Of a DNA stretch of 64,000 bases, positions 46,517 through 58,500 are shown one piece after another. A program made the translations under genes and the position numbers. Numbering within the stretch: position 1 is the stretch's first letter; each line of letters begins with the position of its first letter. This DNA comes from Caecitellus pseudoparvulus (lineage: Eukaryota; Protista; Bigyra: Bicosoecida). The notes below the pieces were generated by a model that was not told the origin of the DNA, did not search any database, and saw nothing but the letters and a program-made list of their open reading frames with translations. The stretch spans positions 372,001-436,000 of the forward strand of contig CBFFRQ010000068.1 of the NCBI GenBank assembly GCA_965644315.1, written 5' to 3'.

Positions 46517-49500
46517 TCACCACATCTTTCTCTTCGCATACGCGCGCTCACGCGCCGCATCGCGCAAGATCTGCTGCCGCTCCCGCCCGCTCATCACGCT
46601 CAGCTGCGCCGCAGCTGTCGCGTATGCTGCGCGCCACTTCTCCGCGCCCTGCCCGATCGCCAGCGGCGTCACGCTTGCACGCTCACGGCGCACCATCTGG
46701 GCACCCACCACGCCTGGGTTCAAAGCACCCGGCCCGCTCTCACCGTCACCGCCCAGGTCCACACTTCCCTTGCCCGCCACCTCCAGCCGTGACGTGGGCC
46801 CATCCTTCTCACCCCCACCCGACCCAGCCTGCTTCCCCCGCCGACCAGCCATACGCTTGCCACCCTTCATCATGCTCTGCGCCACCACAGACATGCGAGC
46901 ACGCCGCACGTGCCCGGCGCCATCACGCGAGGCAGCCGACGAGGCGGGACCACCCCCACTGCCCCCACTGCCCTTCCCACCAGCTGCACCCAGCTTGTCC
47001 TGCAGAGTGCGGAACACCATGGGGTTGCCCCCTGCCTGGTACCGCACATGGCGCTCCTCAGGCAGGTCCACCACGGTGCGCTGCAGACGCCGCTTGCGAC
47101 GGGCAAAGGCCTTGGCCTCCGCCTCCGCACCCATGATCAACACACGCCAGAAGGACGTCAACAACGTCAAGAACAGGCCCATGGACATGATGAACACCAG
47201 CACTGCCAGATTCCGCCCGCCATTCCGCCCCAATGGGAACACACTCAGCTCCCCCTCCATGAACGTCACGTAGTTCATGAGCCCCGCCGTCACGGCCAGC
47301 GTCAGGGAGTACACCTTCACGTTCTCCTTCCACTTCTCGTTGTCCAGGAAGGGCGACTCGTACACCATGCTCACCACGACGCTGCTCACGACGAGGAAGG
47401 TGATGAAGAACTTCAACAACGCCACGTTCTGCGACTCTGGCGCCGCGAAGAACACCACCGTCACTGACAGCGCCAGCAGCACCAGCATGTTCAAGTGCCG
47501 GTAGTAGAAGTACACCGCCTTGTAGTCGTTGTCCAGGAAGTGCGCCAGGGTGTTGTTCTGCACCAGGGCAGGCGCCGTGTTGATCATGTGCAGCAGCTCA
47601 GCCTCCTCAGGCGACTTGGCGTCATTGCGGTGGCGCCACTTCTTCCCCAGCGCACGCTGGGCCTTGGCCACCTTCTGGAACCACTTGCTGCAGCACAGGG
47701 CACAGATGCAGCAGCAGAAGGCGTAGAAGCAGCAGCTGCACAGGCACCCGCAGCACGCACACCACCCACCACCAGCCCCCGCATCTTCGTCGTCGGCATC
47801 ATCCCCCTTCACCTGCCCATGCACCACACGCGCCTTCAGCGTGGCGCCGTACCCACCACGCTTGGCACTGGCTGTCGGTGTCGCGGCAGGAGCGCCCACA
47901 TCTCCACCTCGCATGCCATGCTTCAACATGGCCAGGGGGTTCGCCGTGCCCACACTGGGGCTGGCCTTGCTGCGCGCACCCCCCCCACGACGCCCCACAC
48001 TCATCTCGCTGTACGCTGCAGGGTCACTCAACATCGGGTGGAACGCTGTGCGCGCCACGTACAGCCCATGCACATCCTTCCGCAGCCACTCCGCGTCGTC
48101 TTGACCCGTTGCCAGACCCGCCCGCAGCGCACGAGCCCGCTGCCGCACGGCATCCATCGCCCCGAAGGACGACGACATGACTGTGCTGCGGTACGCCGCC
48201 ACCTGCTCCAGCTCCTCGGGGTCGCGAATGCTGAAGGCATCTGCACTCTGCAGCTGCACAGCCTTCTCAGATGGCATCAGCAAGTGCTGCGCCGCAGACA
48301 GGCCGGCGTACGCACCACCGGGCAGCGCCGCACGTGACCCCAGCCGGCCTGCCCGCATCAGCAGCTCGGCATCTGCCTTGTACCCTGGCCGCGCCCTCAC
48401 GAACATGGGGTTCAGTGTGCCGCCCTTCGCGGTGCTGGCGCCCCCCACGCCAGCACTGCGCAGGGCAGGTGCCGCGGCGGTCTTGGCCGCTGCCCCTCGC
48501 GTGGGCATCAACGAAAACCGCTTCTTGCGCACCCGACCACCCGCACCAGCCGCGACAGCCGCCGCCTCGGCAGCTGCCACAGCCTTCGCCTTCACCACAG
48601 GACTCACCACTGAGGCGGGCAAGGACGCCAGCCGAGCAGCGGCACCACGTGACATCACGCCGCCCTGCCCGAAGTACAGCTCACCCAGGTCCACACGCCG
48701 GGGGCCCTCCTTCCCGTCGCCCCCGCCCCCATGCACCTTCAGGTGCTGTGCCAGCAGGCTCTCCTCGTCGCTGTCAAAGCCACCCACATCACCCATCGCC
48801 ACAGCTGCCGCCTCGACAGGGTCCACCACCCGCTTGCCCACCGCCATGGACTGCCGGCGCACCTTCTTCGCAATGGCCTTGCTCTTCACCTTGGCGGCGC
48901 TGCCACTGGCCTTCACAGCTGCCCGGGCAGCCTTCACCGCGTTCACCTTGGCTGTCGCACGGGCATACGCCTGGGCAGCCTGGGACTTCAACATCACCTT
49001 GTGGATCTTGCGACGCACCCACAAGTACGTCAGGACGGGGTACCCCACCACATACAGCAGCAACAGGGCTACCGCCATGGCGCCAGGCACCACGTGGTCC
49101 TCTGCAAAGCACTCGTAGAAGGGGTTGCTCACCAACAGCCACTTCTCCACCACCTCACCCCCATCATCCACCAGCTCACGGCTGCAGTACAACAGCCCCA
49201 GCACCGTGTTGCACACAATCGCATACATCAGTGTCATCAACGTGAACGTCAGTCGCCGCAGCAGGGGCTTCACCTTCCCCCACACACCCACAGCCGCCCG
49301 GGGGTCCACACCCTCCGCCTCACCCTTCCCCTTGCCCCCCGCCTTCTCCGCCTTCAGCGCAGTCATCACCACCGTCAGCACCAACAACCCCAACGCGATG
49401 CCCATCGTCGTCTTCTCGGCCGTGAACGGCGCCTGGTCCAGACAGGCAGGCGGCACCAGACCAGAGCTGTCAAACTGCAGCACGTTCAGCTGTGTGTACA

Positions 49501-52500
49501 GGGACTGCAAGTACGGCGGCAGGCCAGGGCTGGCTGCCTTGCCCACCTGCACAATCACCTGCAGCATGCTCACCGTCCACACGACAAACTGCGCCGCTCG
49601 CTTCATGCCCCCTGCGAAAGAGCCGCCCTTGATGGCCGTCACGATGCGGATGGCCGTCGCCATCACCAGGAACAACCCGAAGGCTGCCCCTGCAAAGGCC
49701 AGCGGCGGCAGCACCAGCTCCAGCCCGCCCTGGCTTTCGGGACATGGCGTGCAAGCCCCAGTGTCCTTCGGGTAGAAGCCCTTGCTGCACAGCGCACACA
49801 GACGGCCCTCATACCCCACACCACATGCCGCTGTGGACGTCGTGTAGTTCCACCCTGTGCACCGCTCCAGCGACGGAGGCGCACACGCGCTGGCCGTCAC
49901 ACGGGAGTCCTCAGACGCCACCCAGTACCCAGGCTTGGGCCACCGACGGTACCCTCCCGGACACAGCTCACCCACCCCACACCGCACACAGTCATCCCCT
50001 GCGCCAAATGCACAGTTGCGATGCCCAGGGTCGGTGGCATCACGGCACACTGGCCCAGGCGGCGTGTACCCGACACACGACGCCGTCACGAATGTCCCGT
50101 ACCCCAGCAGTGAGTGTGCCTGCTCTCCGGGCGCCGATGCACCTGTCTGTAGGCGGCGCGAGGCGGAAGCAGCTCCAGAGGGCAGGGATGCACGAGCTGC
50201 ACTGCCAGCGCCTGGGCACGCCAGGGGGCACGCCGACACGCCCCCCAGCACGACACCAGCCCCTGCACCAGCCACACGCAGTGTCCCGGCACTCCGAGCA
50301 GATGCCCACGCCGCCTCGCCCGCCACGAACAGCGTGTGCCCCGCCTCCACCCAGTCCTCCACGGCAGTCCCTGCCGCCCGGGCACGCCATGTCGAGCTCA
50401 CGTGCTCCACCCACTCCGCCGGCACCATGGGCGGGTTGGCCACCCACAGCGCGCGGTAGGCACGTTGGCCTCGACATGCCTCCTCAGAGGGGCACATGCT
50501 GCTGTACGATGGCATCCTCAGCCGCAGCACCAGACCGTCACTGGACACGGCAGACACGTTCAGCTGCATGTCCCCCAGCCACACCTGTGCACCTGGCACA
50601 AACGCAAACGGCTGCACGGGCAGGCCCGCACTGGAGGCAGGCGGTGTGAAACCTGGCACTGCAGTCGTCGGCACACACCGCACACGGTGCTTGCAGTCCG
50701 CGACGATCACGATGTCCTGCAGGCCGCCCAGCGTCACGACGAAGTAGTCCCCGCCGTCCCGCGACTCCACACCCGTGAACACGGTGAACGGCGAGTCACC
50801 CTCCACACCACTGCCGTCCCCCGCCCTGCCTTCAAAGGGCGCCGCAGATGCCGCTGCCAGGATGCGGCTGTAGTTCGTGGACAGCGACGCCAGGCCTCGC
50901 CCCGGCACGCCCGTGTCACCCCCACCACTGCCCCAGCTGGACATCCACCCTGTGCCCCCTGGCAGCGCAATCAACACATCCCCCACAAACGGGTACACTG
51001 TCGGCACGCTGGCAAACGGCACGCTGATGGGCGGCAGGCCTGCGTACACCTGCAGACCAGACGACACGCCCTGCAGCTGGGACGTGATCACACACGTCAC
51101 TGCAAAGGCCCGCGACCACGTCTCGGGCGCCAGGGAGCTCACGCCCCGCAGCGACAGCGGAGCAGCCCGCAACCACTGCCGCATGCCGCCTGGGCCCACA
51201 CTGGCGTCCAGGGAGAACTGCTCAGGCGTCACACGCACAGCGCCCGGTACACTCCCGCTGCACTGCACCACCACCACTTCGTTCGGGCCTGGCTGGTTTG
51301 GCATGACGACCTCGAACCCCAGGCCCAGCGGTGTCGAGCCTGCAGACAGCAACAAGGGCGTCTCCACAGACGCAGAGGTGGGCTGACCAGGCACACGCAA
51401 GTCGCGCAACCACGCGGCCCTGCCCAGACGCGGATCAATGGAGCTCGGTGACACATCCACCACCCCGCCTGCGCCGGCAATGTCACTGCCCTGGTGATCG
51501 AAGGCTTCCAGCGGGGACGCGCCGCTCACAGCCGGCCGGGCATACGCACCAGACGTGTTGAACACATCCACACTCTCCACAGCGCGGGCGTCCACTGTCA
51601 GGCTGAACAAGTCGCACTTGCTGCTCAACAGCCGCACAGGGCTGAACGGCGCCGACGCAGCGCTCTGGCCCAGGGAGTTCCCTGAACGGGTGTAGAACCG
51701 CAACAGCCGGTCCTCAGGCAAACCTTGCACGTTCATGGCACGCACGATGCTGCCGCTGCGCTCCACTGACGCGCCCACCGTGCCGCCCGTCGCACTCTCG
51801 AATGCAGCACGGCTGCCAGCCAACGCCACCAGCGTGCCATTCTGCACCAGTGCAGCTTGGCTGGGTGCGCCACTACCCTGCCATGTCCACACACTGTAGT
51901 ACTGCATGCCGTTGGAGTGAGCAGTCGCTATGGCAGACCACTGCGACACCAGCTCACTTCGCGCGCCGAGCGACCCTGCAGACAGGGAGCCCGCGAGAGG
52001 CACGGGCGCAGGCGCCGTCACACTGCCATCCGTGGACGCACTGGAAGGCCCCATCCACGCCAGCCCACTGCCCACCGCCGTCACAGTGGCCCACGTCAGA
52101 GCAGGCAGCGGCACACGTGGCGCAGAGTCAGCCCACGACACCACAGCATTCAGTTGGCATGGGTCCACAGCAGTCACTGCCCCAGCACTTGTCGGCCGCG
52201 CATCCACACACTGCACAGCAGCAGGGAACGCCCCCGCCGCGATGTCGCTGTCAGACGCCGTCCACAGCACAGTCCCGTCGGCCAAGTGAAACGCCCACTC
52301 ACTCGTGCCACTGCACCGAGCCCGTGTGAAGCCCCATGGCAGCAGGGGCGCCGTGCACCGTGCGACACACTCCGTGTCCAGACCCGTGTACCGGCCTGTC
52401 CCGTTCACCGCCACGCCCAGACGCTCACAGGTCCAGGAGCCCCCACCTGCCACACGTGGCAGAGGGCGACAGTGGGGGGCGCTGGGCGACGGCGTCTGGG

Positions 52501-55500
52501 AGGAAGTGGGCGTCACAGAGGACGTTGCAGTCACGCTGGGCGTCGACGTCATCGTGTTGGATGGTGTGCTCGTGACGCTGGCTGTGTTGGAGGGCGTCAC
52601 ACTGGCAGTGTTGGACGGTGTCACGCTGGCTGTGTTGGAAGGCGTCACACTGGCTGTGTTGGAAGGCGTCACACTGGCCGTGTTGGAAGGCGTCACGCTG
52701 GCCGTGTTGGAGGGCGTCCCCGTCATCGTCTGGCTTGGCGTGCCGGTCATGGTCACGCTGGCGGTCTGAGACGCCGTCACGCTTGCCGTCTGCGATGCCG
52801 TCACGCTGGGCGTGCCTGTCATCGTCTGTGTCGCCGTCACACTGGCAGTTTGGGAGGCAGTCACACTGGCCGTCTGCGATGCCGTCACGCTGGGCGTGCC
52901 TGTCATGGTCTGCGATGCAGTGACACTGGGTGTGCCCGTCATGGTTTGTGTAGCAGTGACACTGGGCGTGCCTGTCGTGGTTTGGGAGGGCGTCACACTG
53001 GCTGTCGCGCTGGGAGTGCCAGTGGATGTGGGCGACGGTGTCTGCGTTGGTGTTGCTGATGCCGACGCCCCACACGTTGCAGCGGGAAACGGCGTGGTGG
53101 TAGTGCTGGGAGCAGCCGGGACCAGGTCATCACCAATTACGGACATGGAGAGCATTGCGTGCTTCCCTGGGTCGAAGTGGCGCAGCAGATATGGCATGCC
53201 ACACAATGGTGCCCGCGACGTCCCGCAACTACGGTCATTCCACCGACCGTTTGAGGAGATGATCTCCCCACAATCCTCAGGGTTCGGAGTGTTGTTTGGT
53301 TCTCCAGTGTTCCAATCGCAGTATGTGCCGGTCCCTGTCTGGCAGCTGGAGGGTTCGTCGGAGATCAGCCGGCCGTCAGTCCACAGCCAGTCGTCTCCCC
53401 CATTGCCTTCCTGTCGCTTCAGGCCAAAGAAAGAGTTTGGAAAGCTGCCGCCCGCCACGCCGTCCAATCGGTTCTTGATGGCAAAGTGGTCCAAGAAAGT
53501 GGAAAGCGACGCCAGGTCCGCGCCATGCTTTTCGCAGTCGGTTTGGCCCGCATCATGTGTGCCTGTACCAGTCCCAGCAGGGAACCCCACACATCGCCCG
53601 CCGTGTGGCGCCATGTCAGGTGGGCAGGCTGGAATGATGGGCACTTCAATTGCGCCATTCGCTGAAACTGTACAATCAATGGCAGTGAAAGATCCAGAAT
53701 CATCAAATTTTGCACACGCTGTGCTTCCACTGTGCGTGCCTAGGCTCGCGCCAAACAAGTCGCTGCTGCCGTCTGCCCAACGAAAGTCATCTTCTGCTGA
53801 ACCCTCAAATCCCTCGCGGAAGAACGCCACGGCCTCTCCACCACCGGTCACGACGTTTTCATCAACATATACCATCTCGTCCGCGTTGTTGAAGGTCACA
53901 AGGTCGCCTCCAAGGCCTGCCGCGAGCCTTCGTCTATTTGCGACGTTGAAGCTGCCCGCCGTGGAGCGACCGTACGCACTTGAACCCCACACGTGTGTCA
54001 AGCTTGCAGGCTTTTCCAAATATTGCTGAAAGCCTGGTAACTTGCAGATTGCGAAGTCCAGCATCGTCCCTGGTGATGCACGCTGCAGGGCGCCAGTGCC
54101 ATCAAACAGCTTCACGGCCGTGCCAGAGCCGGAGAAGTCAAGCTTGCCTCGATACATGGGCGCACCGTCCGCATTCTTCGGCATGGCGTTGGAGGGCCAC
54201 TGAACGCCCACCCACGCATCAGCTGTAATCGTATCGAGCATCCACTCCAGCTCCCGGGCCGTTGACACGGATGCAAGCATTCCACCCTCATCACGGCAAG
54301 TTTCCCTGGCATTCGTAGCTGTCACAGTCCCAGGCGCGCTGATCGCCCGCAGGCAGCTGTACCCAACTTGAGAGTATGTCGCAGGGCATGCCACTGAATC
54401 TCCGAGCCGCATCTCACACATGAATGGTGACTTTGAGTTCGCTGGCATGTGCTGGTACAACCCTGCGCTGTTAACTGCCAGCCCCAAGCCTGCTCCAACG
54501 TTCGCGACTGACCCGCCTTGCCATCGACTTGATGCACCGTTGCTAGCAGTCGTCAAAAAGTTGCTACCTGGCGGAGCAGAGAACTCCCACGCGCCACCAC
54601 CGCCAGATTCAGCTCCAATTGCAATGGTTGCCACAGCCACTGCCACGTCACGGATCCGCGGCACATCCACCTGGAGCAGGTCGCTGCCGCCCCAAGCTTG
54701 ACAAACAGCACGTGCGGTCCCCCATGGAAGACTTGCAGGCGCGCGGGCGCCAGCGTAGCCTAGCTGCCCGTCAGTGCGCACGCTGGACTCCCAAACACAC
54801 CTGTCCTGCAGGGGCAGCCAGCCCCTGGGACATGCGAAGAACTCGCCTCCAACCCCTGGGCGCTCACACACCACATCTGAGGTTGCAGATGAAGGGATTA
54901 CTCCTAAGTCGGCGCCGTGGCTGCCAATCGGGTTGTGGGTCATCCGCAGGTAAAATCCGGCTGAATGGGGTGGAATGGCTCCACCAACCCAGTCCGAGGC
55001 GGATGCTCTGAAGGAAACCGGGTCAACGGGTGCAAAGTCATCTACAGCGTCGTTGACGAGAACACCCAGAGAAGCACTAGAATGTGGGGACGCAGGCGCG
55101 GTCATGACATCCTTAAGCCAGTCCAGCTGGCCCTGGGACCTCAAGCTGGCAGGTGCTGCCCCCAACTCAATGCAGCGTGCAGTCGCCTGGGCTCTGTTCA
55201 AAGACTCTCCAACAGTTCGACGGTAGCAGAAGCCGCCAAACCAAGACCAGCCTGAAGGGCACCCCCTGGACGCGCCGGGCACTTCACACACCGCCGGAAA
55301 GGTCGTGCAGCAGGGCACATCTTGCAAGGTGCCATCAAAACGCGCCACGACACAGTGCGAATTTCCCGCTGCGGGGTGGCCCAACAGCCATGGGACTTCG
55401 TGGGGGAATGAACCGCCGTCAGAGGCTTGCCAAGTGGCATCGTCGCCTGCAGGCTGCGATGTCAGCCCGGTCCAGATGCGGCCCGTGGTCCCGTTCAGCA

Positions 55501-58500
55501 CTGTGTCCAGCAGGTACGAGACCTGAGCCACTGATCGTGGCACTGCAAGGTGCCCCATCATGCTTGCACAGGCTTCATTCGCCTCGGTCCATGTGCTTCC
55601 GGTTGGAAGTGGAACGTACCCCGTGTCGCCTTGGGTGTGCAGGTGCCGCTTGCAGAGTGGCCTGACCTCCTCAACACACCAAGCAGGAGCAATGCTGACT
55701 TGTCCGTTCACCTTGGTCAGCTTGGCGCAGTCACTCTGCAGGGTGTTGCCTCCGGAGAGACGGTGTCCGTACTGCATCTGCCGTCCATCGCTCCAGATGA
55801 ATGTGCCCTCAACATCTTCATCTGACAGCCCCACCCAAGCAGCCGTGTTGTCCAAGCCTCCAAGGAGCGCACTTGACACATCGTCCAGCTCTTGCTCAGA
55901 GCCCAGACGAGCGAGGAAGCCGCCAGAGGCTGCACACGTCTCTTCCCCGTCAGCTTGTGTTACAGGGGTGGTTTCAAGCTTGTAGCAGGCTCGGTGCGTG
56001 GGCAGCTCAGTCCAGCCTCCGGGACACAGCCCTGTTGGAGCAGGGGGCTGTGCCTCAGGCGGTAAGCAAATGTCAGCCGGAGCTGACTCCTTGGGCGATC
56101 CAGGAAAGGGAAAGTCCACCAAGCGGCCGGAATAGAACTCGGCCTTGGGAATGGGCACTTCCATTTCACACAGGAAGTCGCGTGAGCCCGTGCATGAAGC
56201 CTGCGCCCATTCCTTGCCACTGCTAACAAAATGTACACAGTCTCCTCCCGCACCAAATTGCGGCGTGGACTGCCAGGGTGCCTGGTACTCGGATGTAGAT
56301 GCACCTGCTTCCTGCACAGAAGACCCATCTGGCCAGTAATACTGCAGGGAAAACGGCGAGAGGCGTCGAAGCCCGATCCAGTCACCGTCTGCCAGCAGCC
56401 CATGCAGAGTCAAGTCCTCGATCTTGTTGGTGATGGAGACAAGCTTGGCACCCTCGAACTCGGCATCACACGCAGCCGCGGCAGTAGAGTAGTCCATGGA
56501 GGTGGCTACCCGTTTGTAGCACATGTCCCGGGCCTCCGTCCCACGCCAGTTGCCGATGGTCTTGGAGTACACCCACCCAGGAGGACACGGAGGCACGAGA
56601 GGACGCTTGCAAGCTGCGGCGAGACCCCAACTGCAATAGTAGTCATGAATACCAGGCGTTGCAGATGCAGTGAGAGCTCCACAGTCTTCACCGTCGTTTC
56701 CAGGCTGGTCTAGTGACCAGGGCTGCTGCAGGGACGCGGATTCGCTGCCGTCGATCCAGTAAAACGCGTCTGTTTCAGTCGGTTCGTCCCCAAAAAATGG
56801 AGCATGTCCAATGCTGACCAGGCCAGTAAAGTGCACCCAACCTGGAGACTGGAGTTGGACCTCGTTGGCGACCTCCAGCCACTCCGGCCAAGTCCTGATT
56901 GAGACAAGCTCTCCGCCGCTTGGCCTCCGTATACAATAGTCGATAGATTCAGAGAAGTTGTGTCCGCTATCGGACTGGTAGCAGTGCCCCATCCACTCAT
57001 GCTCACCTCCGTCGCAAGACAAGGCAGTCCACGGCAAGTACTCGCACAATGCCCAAGAAGCTTGGGTCGTGTTACAGTTTGCAGCATGAATAGTTCGGCC
57101 ACCACTGGCCTTGAAACCACACTGTTCAAGCACTGGTCCCGGATGGGGCGAGCCACCCCCAGATCCCCAAGGCATGCTCGTGGAGTTCAAGGGGTTCCCG
57201 TTTGTCATGCGCCACTCATTCCCGGTGCTTTTGTACGTCCCGTATCCAACCCAAGTGTCTGAGCTGCTCTCCTTCAATACAGACATCTCAGTTGCAAACG
57301 CCCACCAGTTCGCCAGGTCAGTCCATGCTCCAATGATCCCCCCGACCTGGGCGCGGCAAGCGGCTTCTGCTGCGTGCCAGTCAGAGGCAGTCCCAAGGTC
57401 AATCCGCCCGTAGCACTTGCCCTTGTAGAATTTGAAGCCACTTCCTACAGGACAAGACACCTCAGGGTACACCGCGCAAAGGTAGGGAAGGGTCTCATTC
57501 GCAGGCACGACTTCGAACTGGCCGGTCGCAGCGCTGATGGCCAAGCTCTCCTCCACCGCCAACGAGAATGCTGGTGGGCACCCTGCTTGCCCGTCAATCG
57601 TATTCCAGAACATGCTCGTGCAGACATCTTCCTGTCCAAACATCGTCCATCCTGGCGTTCCGTCTCCGGCACTTTTAGTGGTCCCAGCCCACATTCGTCC
57701 TGGCCCGGAGCTGCCCGCCTGTGCTAAAGTAGCGGCAACCAAACCTGACGTGTCACTGTGCACTTGAACAAGGTCGTTGCCTCCTTGTGCAATGCACAGG
57801 CGACGAGCATTGTCGTGTGTTGTCGCCGTGTTGAAAGCAGAATCCCACAGAGAGGACCGCACACACCCTCCAAGCAGTGGCAGCCAGCCGGACGGGCAAG
57901 CCTGCACAGAGCTCTCTCCGTAGGCTCCCCTCTCACAAACGCAGCGAGCGGAGCTTGACATAGAGTGTGTCGAGTACGTAACAGTGGATCCTACCATGGT
58001 CACAACGGCAGTTGGGCCACTGCCCAGGGAGATAAAGGGCGACATGTCCGCACCAGTTTGCAGGTTCAACCACCCGACAGCCCCGCTGGAGTCTGGCTCA
58101 CGTAAGGCGCCAACCCAGGCGACACCGCCCTGCATGAAGAAGTCCTCGTCAATGCTGCTGCCGCTGGTGTCTGGAGCCCACATAGCAGCACCATGCTTGG
58201 CGCAAGCCTGCACTCCTTGCATGAAGGTGCCAGAAGACATGACTTGGCGCACACAGGTGCGAGTCGAAGCCCGCATGACCCAGCCAAGAGGGCAGGCAGC
58301 AGTGTCTCGGAGCAAAATAGGCTTCTGGCAAACAGCATGCTTCGCTTGGCAGCACGACGTGTCTTGCCATCCATTTGTTTGGTGTGCTGCAACACACTGG
58401 GTGTCACCAGGCAGCGGTGCTGCCGCCAAGCTGTGCCCTGAGTCCCATGGCAGCCCAGTCTCAGCAACAAAGTCCTCTCCGGCCCCCTGGCTGGGGGAAT

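Noticed and set aside
46440-46520. Possible extra 3' intron of the giant receptor (GTGAGT overlapping the TGA stop)
   Set aside because: The available acceptors give no convincing coding extension, and one would run into the convergent GNAT gene. It cannot be resolved without RNA data.
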